Shown piece by piece: positions 1-12,977 of a stretch of DNA of 64,000 nt; the first letter of the stretch is position 1, and every line of letters begins with the position of its first letter. A model generated the notes under the pieces. That model was given only the letters and a program-made list of their open reading frames with translations. It searched no databases and was not told where the DNA came from. This DNA is from Asterias rubens (taxonomy: Eukaryota), in contig NC_047066.1 of assembly GCF_902459465.1 (NCBI RefSeq), forward strand, positions 7,812,001 through 7,876,000, written 5' to 3'. The translations under genes were made by a program, and so were the position numbers.

Positions 1-8
1 TATGTTTC

Positions 9-158
9 CAGGGGTCGATTTCACAAAGGTAGTCCTAACTTATAGGACTAGTCCTAAGCAATGCTAAGAGATAGGACTGGTCCTAAGTTAGGACTGGTCC
101 TATCTCTTAGCACTGCCTAGGACTAGTCCTAAGACTACCTTTGTGAAATACACCCCTG
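9..158. mobile_element. MITE, family C (CAGGGGTCGATTTCACAAAG TIRs, internal TAGGACTAGTCCTAA subrepeats)
   Basis: TIRs caggggtcgatttcacaaaggtagtc / gactacctttgtgaaatacacccctg. Related copies at 12978-13121, 14023-14136, 34040-34190 and 54462-54632; diverged copies near 28108-28292 and 63080-63265. Confidence 0.8.
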
Positions 159-317
159 TTCAAATTATAAACTATTTAAAAGTTAAGGTATCCTAAAGTT
201 AACTTAGCATTTGGGCAAGGGTATCAATTTGAAACTTACTTGTCAAATTAATAATTAAGCAAGTTTGTGCAACGAATGTGCTTGCAATCTAGTCTTGCTG
301 TCAGTTTTTTGTTAAAG

Positions 318-571
318 CAACCTCGTCCCCAGGTTGGATCGGGTGGTTACAAGGTTGACCGCTCTCTCACCCTGGTATTAGATCATTTGCATATCCAAAA
401 ATGTTTAATACGTATGCAAATTAAAATAGTCTGGCTACTTTTCGTAATTCTCATCTTCGTCATAATCTCGTAGCACGGTGACCAGATTTAATGGATAAGT
501 TTCCCTCCCAGGGTTTACTACTGTTAAATAATGGTTGAAAATAAAGTAAACCATGCATGGGGACGAGGTTG
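318..571. mobile_element. Probable MITE with CAACCTCGTCCCCA terminal inverted repeats
   Basis: caacctcgtcccca at 318-331 and its exact reverse complement tggggacgaggttg at 558-571. Confidence 0.5.
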
Positions 572-2861
572 GGTTGAAAGGTGCTCGTGATGAACTTTGA
601 GTTGTTGGTATGATCAAGTTTGCAAATTCGTACACCGAACGATCGAAGTAAAAACAACTTTTCAAAAGGCAGGCTTTCCTCGGTAACTAGACTCGGACAA
701 ACAATGAAAAATATACATGGAAATGTCTCAACCTATATAAGACTATAGATAATTGTGGATACTTTACACGGGACACTTTTGTGCAGCTATGCAACGGGTA
801 ATGCCAACTAGAGCTAATGGTGTTCAAACACATTTACCTTGCCAACTTTCCTTCTCAGACGAAAAAACACCATTCTCAGATCAATAATTATTCAAAGCTG
901 GTTCCATAGAAAAGGGTCATCCAGTTTGACCATTGACTTTGGCCTATATCAACTTTGAATCGCTGTTGGCTATACAGCTGAACGTAGTGTTTTTGGCGTC
1001 CATTTTGTGCAAACCGTAATCCTGCTATATGTTTTGATCTGTATCTGTATTCAGTGTCGTTTGTTTATTATGCTCATTATAGACAGTCCAATGTCCAGAT
1101 AAGTGTGTAAACATTAGAGCACGATTAGATGCAAGTTCAAATCTCAAACAGTAGGTCTATAGTCATTGAAACGAGACTATAACCCAGTGCATGTGCGCAA
1201 CGTGCTTGTTCGTTATCAATTCGGTCAAAAAGAAATAACCAGTTAAAATACTGCAGTAACTGGCATCTTTTGAAAGTGAAAAAAGCCAAACTGAACTCGG
1301 TGCTTAAGGCCTATGGAATGATAGACTCCTCAAATTAATCTCCTTGTTCAACTTTGAGCTTGAAGGTTGACAACAATTTTGTTTTAAACTACATCGAGTG
1401 TTTAATTTTAACATCCTTTAAGGCATAGGCCTAGTTTATACTTTTGGGTTCTGGAACCGTTTGGTTGTTTTCAGCCCACATAAGTTGATGTATACAATCA
1501 AACTAACCTGTGCAAATTTAGTTTCAAAAGGTGGTTGCGCTTCTGAAATATCGTCGAAAATCCAGAGCGAATAATGTCCGCCCAGGAATACTAATCTTTA
1601 AGGAATACACAATTTGAGCAACGCTTCTCACAGATTCAAATTTTGTGGCATAAAAACTGTTATCTTTTTTACCTAAATTCTTTCGTTCTTTTCCTGCACC
1701 TGTAAAAAGTGCACATTTAATCTTTTTCTTTTGGCACCTTATCCACCTATAGCTTTGGACGTCACTTTCCCACAACATCCCAGTTAAACCCAAATGGGGC
1801 TGTAAAGGGAATTAAAGTACCAAGTACCACATTATTTTTCGGAAGTGAAATGAATATTTAAATGCTTTATGGTCGACAGCTGCTGCTGTAGACAACCAAA
1901 CGATTGTATTGGAAATAAATTTGAATAGTGATTACCAAAACGTATACTTTATAAATATCTTACAACGGGCCACTTTTTGTTAAGTTTGTAAAATCCGTCA
2001 TCTTGAAACCAAGCCTACCGAGCCAAAATGACTCGACTACCCTTTTTGTCGTGTAACAGCTTCGTTACTGCGGCCGGCACAGCCGAAGTTAAAAGATTGT
2101 TACGTCACAGTCAACCTGGTATGTACCTTTGCAACGGCCGCGCCGAAGGCCTAGGTGCGCACCATCGTTGCTTATGGAAAGTACACACTTGACTTCAGCT
2201 CCCCTGTGATAGTACAGTCCCCGGGCATACAGGTAGCTCTCTACGTACTTTGCTATGTTATACCCGGACCCATCGATCACCCTGTTCGAACCGTCCCCAG
2301 CTTCGATGATTCAGGGAATTCTTTTTAGTCAAACAACATGAGGCAGTGGCTGGCGAGTCTTTGGAGTGTGTTGACGGTCGTGTGCTGTCATAATGACGGT
2401 GATGATATTTGGTGCTCAGCTTTAAGATCTATCGAGTACCAAATTGCGCAAGACAGTTGGGGTTGCCATGGGTGAGTCTGATTGGTTGAAATCAAATGTA
2501 AACAAACTGCATCCCGAACTACATGTATCTATAGCACCAGTTGAGTTCCAGTTATCTTGTCTTCATCACCTTCAGTCTCTTCGTTTTGGGGTTTTTTTTT
2601 TGACAGCACTTTTGTGTCCGTTCTGCACTCTCCACCAACAATCAAGCACCCGTGGCCTATAAGGATCCACTCAAGGATCCTGCCGTAACTTTTTTTGATA
2701 ACAAAAAAACAATTCGGTAATGTTCCTTTATTTCTAAGGATTATAATTAGGGACCAGTCCATTATTAGATTTATAAATTAAATCTTTTAGATTTGAATTT
2801 TTAATGCTACGGATTTTATTTTAAACCTTTAAATGGATTTGGATCGTTTGGATTTTAAACA

Positions 2862-3248
2862 TTAAAGGCAGTGGACACTATTGGTAATTACTAAAAATAA
2901 TTATTAGCATAAAACCTTTCTTTGTGACAAGTTATGGGGAGAGGTTGATGGTATAAAACATTGTGAGAAACGGCTCCCTCTGAAGTGCCATAGTTTTCGA
3001 GAAAGAAGTAATTTTCCACGAATTTGATTTTAAGACCTCGGATTTAGAACTTGAGGTCTCGAAATCAACCATCTAAATGCACACAGCTTTGTGTGACAAG
3101 GGTGTTTTGTCATTCATTATTATCTCGCAAGTTCGATGACCGATTGAGCTAAAATTTTCACAGGTTTGTTATTTTATGCATATGTTGAGATACACCAACT
3201 GTGAAGGCTAGTTTTTGAGGAATTACCAATAGTGTCCACTGCCTTTAA
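2862..3248. mobile_element. Kolobok-like MITE, family A (~370-390 bp)
   Basis: TTAA-AGGCAGTGGACACTATTGGTAATT ... AATTACCAATAGTGTCCACTGCCT-TTAA. TTAA target duplication with purine-starting termini fits Kolobok rather than piggyBac. Confidence 0.8.
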
Positions 3249-3733
3249 AATGTTTAAAATTCATGAAGAACGGAGCTTCAAACAAACATAGGGAGCCTAA
3301 GTCGGAGCCAAAGCCAAAGCCGCAGTCGTTAAGGCCCTTTTGTATCTACGGTGGTATTGGCTCCCATCCCGGTGCATCCTCTTATCTGTTTCATTGTCAA
3401 TTTCTTTTATTTGGATTGGGGGGACTCCGTCGTTTAAAGGTAGCACTAGATTAAACCAGCCACACTCTCTAATGACTTCATTGTACACGCTTTGAGTTTG
3501 CTCATAAACAACGAATTCTTAGAAGAGGTGTAGGATGGGCTGTAAAAAGAGATAAGGACTACTTGTCATTGGATTGGTGGGGTGTAAGGGGATGGACTCG
3601 TTACACTGTAACGTATGACGTTCTGAAGTGTGCAATCTAAGTTGTTAAAATCTTTCAATGGTGTTATGTTTGCGTTATAACAATTCTCGTGATAGTTCAG
3701 TTTTTCGAAGCACATCTTCTGAACATACACACA

Positions 3734-6700
3734 ATGATGTACAAACCAGTGGAACCATTGGTTGTACTTCAATCTAGTGGCACCTCGTTTGCCGTACGCG
3801 ATCCGTGCTTACCGGGTCCCGACGTCCGATCTCGATCGGTCAGCGATACCGTGTGTCCGACGTTTTTGACCCCTCGGCCTAAGGTTCGTCCACGCTCGTC
3901 TACTGCGTGCAGCGACCCATACTTAATACAACATCAACAGTTTAAGCAAACTATCAACATACTTCCATCTCAAAGTTCTCAGAAGCCAAACTATGTGACT
4001 CAATGTCACCCGGATCAGACCATCAATGGAAGAGAGCCGGCAACAGACCTCTGTCAGCACCAAGAGTCGTCCTGCGGCAACTCACAGGCTGCCGAAGACG
4101 AGCCCGGGTGCTACCCGTGGCTGTACGATAACTCGGCAAGGTACATGGCATGCCTTGATGAGTTCCAACGGTTCTCTGATGAGTGGCAGGGCGTCCAAGG
4201 GTGGATAGGCGACAACCTTGCCACACTGGTGGATCTTCAAAACCTGGGTTATGAGAATGATGAAATGTTAGCGAGGAAGATCGAATGTGGCCAGTCCTCG
4301 GACTGGCACCCAGAGGTATACAAGATGCTTGGGGTTGGCAGTGGATCAGGTGAGTTTACATCTCATCGTGCCTGTATACTTACAGTTAAATTTAAAAGGA
4401 AATGCGCCAATGCTAGTCAAGCTACAAAAAGCTTTTAATTTGATAAGACCTATAGTCTTGGTTCGCGACGTTTAATGTTTGTTTTCATCCACTACGAATC
4501 AATTTACCTCTTGGGTCGCCTCAACCAACGCATGTGCACCAGGCTAGCCCAGAGAGTTTACGAAAAGAGTGACACATGACTTTAAAACAAACAACAGAAG
4601 AAAAAAAAAAAACTTAATAACAATAGCGCGTCATTGATTACGCCCTTTAGGGTGGGTTATGTGTCAAAGCTATACACGAAATATGGTTTTACAATGATAA
4701 AGTCTGTCTGTACCAATTTTTGGTTGGGCAGACATCACTGAAATCTGTTGGGTAACAAGTTTTGTTCTGATTATCTAGCCTAAACACATTTTCATATATT
4801 ATACACATAATGAATGTTTATGAGTGCAATGGTGCAAATATGTTCATGAGTTGAAAGATGGAATGTTCTATTCAACGAGGCGGAGCCGAGTTGAATGGAA
4901 CATTCCAGCTTTCAACGAATGAACATATTCGCACCATTGCACGAATGAAAAACATTCGTTATTTGTTTTATATAACATCCAAGTAGATCTTGTCATTTTG
5001 ATTGAAAGATACAACTTTCAAAACAAACAAAGCGTAGGCCTCCAATTTTTAATTGTAGAAGACGAATGCTAGTAATTTTACTAATGCCTTGCTGCGTTAC
5101 CAAAGACACAAGTGATGTTTTTACTCAGCTTTTTCGTTCCATCCGAAAAGTACCATTGCACGTGCAATGGTACTTTTCGGATGGAACGAAAAAGTACGGT
5201 GAGTGACTCAGCGTGCAATGGTACTTTTATTTGCTATCACGTGACGGACAATCCTCCAATCAAATGGCAAGGATCTGCTTGGGTGTTATATAAAACAAAC
5301 TAACTTTCTTTGAATTTGACTTTTTTTAAGGTGAAGTCGATGCGGCCATTCTACGGGTGTTACTACCGCGGCATCCACGTGTCTTGACCACGGTGGTAGA
5401 GCCAGACCCGTCACAGATGAGACTGTACCGTCAACTCATGGTGGAAAACGATCTCTCCGGAGGAGTCGAGTTTGCCTATCATCAGAAGACATCGTCACAG
5501 TTTATCGTGAGTACCATACGCCACAGCAGTCTTGTTTTGTTCTCCTGGGAAACTGCTTGTATAAGTCGGTGGGAGTATCTCTTGATTGCACTGCTCAATC
5601 TCGAGATTGTACAACAGATGTTGGGGCATGTGGGCACCGTATTGAGCGATGTTCGCCGACGGGTTGCGCTCATGGGCCGGATGGCGGAGGCGCTACTGCA
5701 TCTTTTAGCCCATAATTGGCACAGTCCGCTGTTATGGCTGATGTGCTAACAGAACGTTTTAAAATCCGGACCGTAAAATGTTTTCGTTGAAGTTTGACGA
5801 GCTTGGATTCTGTTAAAGAATTTGGGTACTTTTTGTAACACAAAACACAATGTCCACAGATTTACATTAAACTTACACCGTTTGAAGATAATGGTATTAG
5901 AAAGCTTCCCTGAAAATATTACTTGCTGAGGTACTTGTAGTTTTTGAGAAACGAGTAAAACAATGTCATGAAAATACGTTTTTACATGCTAAAATAATTT
6001 TCGTTTCATGATCACTGAGACAAAAATTATTTTCATGACATCGTTTTACTCATTTCTCAAAAACTACAGCACACCGGCAAGTTATATTTTCAGGGAAGCT
6101 TTCTACTATCATTATCTTCAAACTGTGTAAGTTTAATCTAAATCTGTGAACATTGTGTTTTTTTGTCCAATACAAAAAATACATAGACCCTTTAAGTACG
6201 GTTCAAACTTCCTGCGAATGTGAATGCGATACGAATTTTGACGTCACAAATTCGCAACGAATAATTGCCATGTGCTAAACTCCTGCGAAACATTCGCTGT
6301 GACGTCAGCCACGATGTGACGTCAAAATTCGTATCGTATTCGCAGGAAGTATGAGCCGGACTTATATTAAGACAAGGCAGTTAGTTGCCTTTGAAGAACT
6401 TCTTAGTCCCCCATGTGGTAAATTAACATGGCTTAAGGAAGTTAAGTTGAAACGAAATTTCTACACAATTCTCCATAATATGGGGTGGGGGCATCTTCTG
6501 CTTAACACCAGCTTTAAAAAAAAAACAGTTTCCGTAATGCTTAACAAAAAAAAGTACCGTACTTTTTTTTATATATATATTTTGTTTTTTTATAGATCTT
6601 ACAATATATATATATATATACATTTGTTTCAATACAGCGAAGTGATGCATGTTTTTATGTTTTATTTATTGCTCACGTTTAACGCAGTTTAGACTGTTTT

Positions 6701-8041
6701 CCCTAACCTTCAAAACATTTTAAACTCGGCCCTTTTTTAAATAAAATGTTGCATCATGTGCTCTTGAAACGACTGGTTCACTTTTCCTAAACCGGGTAAC
6801 AAAACACTCTGAAGCTTACATATATACATGCGATAATAATGTAGCTATGCATGGCTACATTATTTACTCATTTTTGTATGGCATTTTGTTCGATTTCATA
6901 AATATATATATATATATCTTAATCGGTCACGGATGACCGATTTTACATAGGTCGAGTTGAAATGTTTTTTTAAGCCAATATTCAAAATATTGTATTTTAT
7001 TTGACAGACGGAGAGTATCCATAATATGACCTTTGACCTGATCCATATGGTCCATGTGCTTTATCACATCAATCTGGTGGAGTTAGAGAACACCTTCATG
7101 AAATACTATCAGAGTCTGAGTCCAGGGGGACTCATGTTCATCACGTATGAATCAGGTAATGGAGCATTCAAAATCCATGCATTTTTTATTTTTTTTTTAA
7201 AGTAATTGTTTTCTCTTTCTCCCGACCTTCAAGGGATTGTACACGTTTGGTACTTTGGGACCCACTGTTTGTTTCAATCTATAGTTGTAGACAGTTATCA
7301 ATTGTAAAACCTATGCAAATTTCATTTCAAAAGTTGGTAGCGTTTTTGTGAAATTATCGACAATCTGTCTGACTCAATTGCAGTACTTCCTTCGAAGTAG
7401 AAAGTTTCTCAAAATGCATCACACTATCCAAAGCTGCTGTACTCCTTACCAAGGAAGTTGTTGTTGCGATTAATTTCCAGAGTCATTACAAAACGTATAA
7501 GAACCTTTAATTGCTATTATTCAGACGTAACATTGCCTGGCTATAGTTTTTTATTTTCATAATAAAATTTGCTCCATCAATTTTTACAACTTGCCATTTT
7601 ATCATAAACTCCAAAAGGTAAAACTCAACCATTCCAGGTTTTTAATGGTTTGAAATAATTCATTTTGCAGATAAAAGTAGTCTCGCCAGGATCCGTGGTG
7701 CCCTGCAACCGTTCAAGCCAGGGATGTTGCCTTACATGTCCGTCCGTGATATAGAAAAGGAACTTTGCAAAGGGGTACCAACCTACGAGCGGTACAACAT
7801 CAAAGGCGTCCTTGACGTCACAGCGTGCCTACGTCACGGCCGCTCATCAGCCAATGGAGACTGCCTGTGGGACTTCATCACGCGCGTTGTGGACTTCCGT
7901 ATCAATGCGCCCAAGAAAATAGTGCAGAAAACCGCGAAGATGCTGCAGCACTTCTCGTGGAGAGAGGACGGCGGAAGGATAATGACCAACACTGACACGG
8001 CCGTGATTGTTGTGACCAAACACAACCCAGGGATACCATGA
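3734..8041 (+). CDS. HNMT: Histamine N-methyltransferase-like class I SAM-dependent methyltransferase, ~436 aa, 4 coding exons (the start may lie in an upstream exon)
   Basis: Exons 3734-4349, 5331-5506, 7008-7155, 7671-8041, all GT-AG, phases 1/0/1, total 1311 nt. Motifs match HNMT in order: LYDNSARYMACLDEFQRFS, MLGVGSGSGEVD (SAM loop), VVEPDPSQM, FAYHQKTSSQF, FDLIHMVHVLYH, DVTACL...NGDCLWDFIT. Confidence 0.85.
4807..5303. mobile_element. Fold-back/palindromic non-autonomous element in HNMT-like intron 1
   Basis: Hairpin 4825-4941 (~52 bp arms around gaggcggagccga); inverted repeat ~4958-4990 vs ~5271-5303; perfect 66 bp palindrome 5129-5194; repeated TGCAATGGT motif. Confidence 0.65.
5813..6195. 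mobile_element. Kolobok-like MITE, family B
   Basis: TTAA-AG...CT-TTAA ends and the subterminal motif gtccacagatttacattaaacttacac in inverted orientation at both ends. Further copies at 19188-19545, 40794-41149, and split at 8824-10778. Confidence 0.8.
6199..6358. mobile_element. MITE, family D (GGTTCATACTTCCTGCGAATG TIRs)
   Basis: cggttcaaacttcctgcgaatgtgaatgcgatacgaattttgacgtcac paired with gtgacgtcaaaattcgtatcgtattcgcaggaagtatgagccg. Second copy at 26791-26946. Confidence 0.75.
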
Positions 8042-8823
8042 TGATGCCATGCGCAACAGGAAAAACACGGCACTGGAAAGTTTCTGGCGTTCGATGAACG
8101 CCTTTTGCCTCCGTCCAAAAACATGCTCAGGCAGGGTGTGGCAGTTTATGACTAGCACTCTACATGAATTAAATTGGTATGGAATGCATTTGCCAATGTG
8201 ATCATCGTTTGAATTGACAATTTCACTTACCATAGCCTACTTGTTTTCAATCGGCTGCACAAAATATTTAATAGGTTTAAGCAAACGACCATCACAGGGC
8301 CTAGTTTCATAAAACTAATCATACAGAGAAGGATACTGTTGGCAATTGTCTTTGCTGGGCAAAATACGAGTTTAAAACCACTGGCAAAAATGTACGAATT
8401 TATGCCTGGAAGCCTGTTTCAGTTCAGCAAAATGTATCTGTGATTAGCAAGTACATGTATTTGCCCCTGGAATGTGGCGATGGTGTAACCAACTTGGTGC
8501 ACCAAAGTACTCAATATTTATTTTGATCCTGAAGCGAGTTCAACTTCGACGCATCAAATATTGTTCAGATCCATCCCCGGCTTTTCAATATCTTTTAAGG
8601 GGTCACTAATTCATTCAGTCGTCTGTTTTTTTTTCCATAACTTTCATAATGAACACACAAAAAGTAAGTCATAAAGTATAATTGATTAGTAGATAGTAAA
8701 CGTACCCAGTATTTTGTAATATAATGTTTATATCACGTTTGAGCACGAAGTCAAAGAAATGAAAATCAAGTTATGCTGTTTGTGTAGTTATGCCCGTCGA
8801 CTGAGTATGGGTATGCTGCCATT

Positions 8824-10778
8824 TTAAAGGGTCTATGTACTTTTTCTAACACAAAGCACATTGTCCACAGATTTACATTAAACTTACACAGTTTGAAGAT
8901 CGTGATAGTAGAAAGCTTCCCTTGAAATTTTACTTACTGAGGTGCTGTAGTTTTTGGAAAATGGGTAGGTCAAATAATTTTCGTCTCAGTTTTAGCATGT
9001 AAAAACGTAATAACCAGTTATGCTATGATTATGGTATAATATCATAACTGGTTAATGGGAAAAATAATGCAATCGTCTTCCTAGGGATGTACCAGAACCT
9101 AAACGAAAGGACGTACGGAAACCTAAAAATTTCGTCCATAAGTGTGCAGTAGGCCGCATCTGATAAGCCTGTACGTGTACATGGGTACCTAATTATTCCA
9201 TTTGGCGTTCGCCCAGTTCTGAATAATGAGCAATGAACAGTGCACTGGATAATATAATTCACTCGCAGAACTATACATACCGCGCATCTGGGTAAATGGG
9301 GGGGGGGGGCTGCGCTATGTGGTTTTCTTTATAAATAATAGCCTAATCCCGGTGGTATAGACGCGTTTACAAATGGCGAAGGGAAATTGTTTTCCCCCCC
9401 TTTAGCCATATATCTTCGTTTCTTGCATGTGACATCTTAATAGTGACCCTTGTTTTGTTTTCTCGGGGAAGTAATGTTTAAATCTTAACTTCAAATATTC
9501 AATTTCTAGGAGATTTTACATCAGATTTTTGCTTCTAAAACAGCCCTTGACTCCCCCGAGAATCGGAATGTGCATTCAGCTCCTTAGATACTTGAGTGGG
9601 GGTTGGGTGTATGTGGGGTGTACATTTACTCGAGGGACACACATGAAGAAATTAATGTAATCAATAAATTAACACAAAACTAAACAATTCACACAAAGCA
9701 TGAGAGATGGGGGGAGGGGGGGTCTACAGAATTCTACCCTAAATAGTTGAAGGTATTGAACACGTTTGGTAATTTGTCAAAGACCAGTATCCTCACTTCG
9801 TGTATCCCAACATATGCAAACAAATAACAAGCCTGTATGAAAATTTGGACTCAATTGGTCATTTATGGCAAGAAAAAGCTGGGAAAAAAAACCTTGTTGT
9901 TAAATAGTGTGCTTTCAGATAGTAGTAAAAGGCTTCTGGTCAGAAGTCTTTTAAAATTTTAGTCAGAATTTACCTCTTTCTCAAAAACCGTATTACTTCA
10001 GAGAGAGTCGTTTCTCGCAATGTTTTATACTATCAATAGCTCTGTATGCTAATTTATATTTTGATTGTACAGTGTCTTTAACAAGCTCACCAACAATAAA
10101 TAAATAAATAAGTAAAATAGCGCGAAACGGACCAAAATTGCCCCCCCCCCCCTTTAGTATTGCAGGCGATCGGCGGCACTAATTTTTCATAAACTCCCGG
10201 GAAAATCCCTGGAGTTTTTAAACCCACCGTCACCACAGCAACCGTTCTCACTATCCCATTTTATGTAGGTAACTTCCGGGAGTACTATTTCAAAAGGAAT
10301 ATGCACGGTCGTTTCACACTTACGATCAAACCAAACGAAATACTAATGGTGTGAAAAGGGCTTTTCTTAGAAGTTCAAAAAGATCGACCAAAGGTTCCCG
10401 GGAATTTTCCCGGGAATAACTATAGTTATACCTGGGCATGGTCGTGGTGCGACCTTCAGACCGCCTCTCGGACAATAAAGATTTGCATACGTTCCAGTAA
10501 TGAGGGGACAGGCAGTGCTGCTGGTGCAAGAGTATCGAGTGACCAATCAAAATTCTGGTTACACGCCCGAGCATTTACCATACGTCCTATTTAGGTTTCC
10601 GTACGTCCTTTCGTTTAGGTTCTGGTACATCCCTCCTGAGACGAAAGTTACTTTCTCAAAAACTACTGAACCACAGTTAGTAATATATGAGGGGAAGCTT
10701 TATACTATCATTATCTTCAAACTGTGTAAGTTTAATGTAAATCTGTGGACACTTTAAAAAAGTACCCGAATCCTTTAA
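8824..10778. mobile_element. Family B MITE split by a 1.55 kb insertion
   Basis: Left half 8824-9082 and right half 10635-10778 match the two halves of intact family B copies (5813-6195, 40794-41149). Confidence 0.75.
9083..10634. mobile_element. Non-autonomous DNA transposon with perfect 45 bp TIRs
   Basis: agggatgtaccagaacctaaacgaaaggacgtacggaaacctaaa (9083-9127) is the exact reverse complement of 10590-10634. CCT flanks both sides (possible 3 bp TSD). No transposase ORF recognised. Confidence 0.8.
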
Positions 10779-11525
10779 GTGCGTGGCAAATCCCAGCTTT
10801 CCCATTAGCTGATCTGGATAACCAAACAAACACCCGACGACCCACATGCCAATCTTTGTCCACGGCTAACGTCGGGGGTATTGCAACCGGCGAAAACAAA
10901 CGACAGTAGTTCAGGGTGTGTTTTATTTTATACAAAAGACACAGCTAGACCCAATTTCAGAGGCAACAAATATATTATTTTATTGTTTCTTTGCACCCAT
11001 ATTCTAATAATAAAACTGTTTAAATTATAATACACACACATGATTTGACGATATTTACATGAAATTACATATAAGACAGCTTTACTTTTGACACACACCG
11101 AGAGAGCTCTTCATCCAATAGGCTTTGAAAGTCCAGTGCGAATTCGAAATTTTAAGCTGGTTCCGTGAAAGTGCGCGATTTCATAGTTTCATTCACGCCT
11201 CCACAACATCGTAGGCATGAACCAATGGTTCCCACCATTATTCGAAAACGCGCGAGACTTGCAACATCAGTAAACAAAAAGTGATCAAGTACTCAAAGAT
11301 TGTCACTCAGTTTTGAAAAAATAAAAAATAAAATCAGAAGTCACTGGTTTGTACTTGTCAGGTTCCCATGATTCGTTTAGTGTTTTTTGCATAATTTACA
11401 CATGAAGATTGAAGATGAAGGACCAGACTAAATTGTCCACCCAGTCTCTCTTTGGTTAATTAATACAATAGCCAACAGATTACTGAAGTACGATCGCTAT
11501 TATAATATCATTTACGGCAAGTAGA

Positions 11526-11908
11526 TTAAAGGCAGTGGACACTATTGGTAATTACTAAAAATAATTATTAGCATAAAACCTCACTTGGTAACGAGTAATG
11601 GGGAGCTGTTGATAGTATAAAACATTGCGAGAAACGGCTCCCTCTGAAGTGACGTAGTTTTCGAGAAAATAGTAATTTTCCAAGAAGTTGATTTCGGGAC
11701 CTCAGATTTAGAATTTGAATCGAAATCAAGCATCTGAGAGCACACAACTTCGTGTGACAAGTGTGTTTTTTCTTTCATTATTATCTTGCAACTTCGACGA
11801 CCAATTGAGCTCAAATTTTCACAGGTTTGTTATTTTCTGCATATGTTGTGATAAAGCAAGAGAGAAGACTGGTGTTTGACAATTACCAATAGTGTCCAGT
11901 GTCTTTAA
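11526..11908. mobile_element. Kolobok-like MITE, family A
   Basis: TTAA-AGGCAGTGGACAC...GTGTCCAGTGTCT-TTAA; same internal sequence as 2862-3248 in the opposite orientation. Confidence 0.8.
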
Positions 11909-12977
11909 GAAGAAGCAGAAGGTTAGGACCAATGTTTAATAATAACCCACTTATTAAATATCTTTTCATATTTTACGAGATAACCAGGTTAGCAGTAATA
12001 TTTTTTCCATTTCCAGCTGGAGAAATAGATTTGGTTGCAAGCCATTTGTACACTTAATTAAGAGCCTTTTGGGGACAGTGGCAAATAACAGTTGACAACC
12101 AGCACTATGCCAACTGAGCTAGAGCACTGCCACAGAAACCTGGCGTTGCAGGTTCAAATCCTGCTCCAGTCAATTTTTTCTAAAGATTGTTTGCCCCAAA
12201 TTGATAAACATGTACATTTATAGATATTCACCAGCCAGTTTACCTTTTAGTTTATTTCTTGTTATTTAATGCCAATTAGCATGTACACCTCGCGATATTT
12301 TCAGCGAGCATTTTTCTTTTAATACTGACTTGAATTGCCATAAACTTCCACCATTGGTTAAATAATAGCATCATATCTCATTGCTTTCTGTTGATTCTGA
12401 AGGTTAGAGTGTATTTCGTAGGGTTCCATTTTTACACCTGGAATATTGAAGCCAAAGTTGCCAAAGAGGGCACATAATTTTTTAAATGGGTGAACACTTT
12501 GCATAGCCCTTTAAGCAACCAATTCTAGGGAAGGGTAAAAGGCAACTATCTGCTGCACATAACTGTACAGTGCAACAATAAAGCACCTTTAACTTTGGCC
12601 ATATTTTGTGCATATTCTGTGTGAGCTTTACTTGGATACAAGAAAACCCAGCATCTCGAATAGGCCCCCGCTGTACAGTCAAAGTTTGTTTACAGTATTG
12701 CTTATAATATTGGTGTTGTAATCCGAGTACTGCATTTCAGAGCATTGTACTGAGACACAACGCGTGCAATCAGCCTTGTTGGGATATGGTGGACACTAAA
12801 ATGTGTGCACTGTTTGGTTTGGGTATAAGACAAAATTAATCCAAACCTAAAAGAGTCCACCGTATCTCAAAATGGCCGTTTCTTCTGCAAAGGGGTAAAA
12901 AACTGTGACATCACACCAGCAGTAAAAGATGTGTAGATTTAAACTTAAATGTACTAAGTTGATGTATGAAAGTGGTC

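Noticed and set aside
267-2280. Short ORFs in the first 2.3 kb
   Set aside because: No recognisable domains or consistent splice structure; partly MITE sequence.
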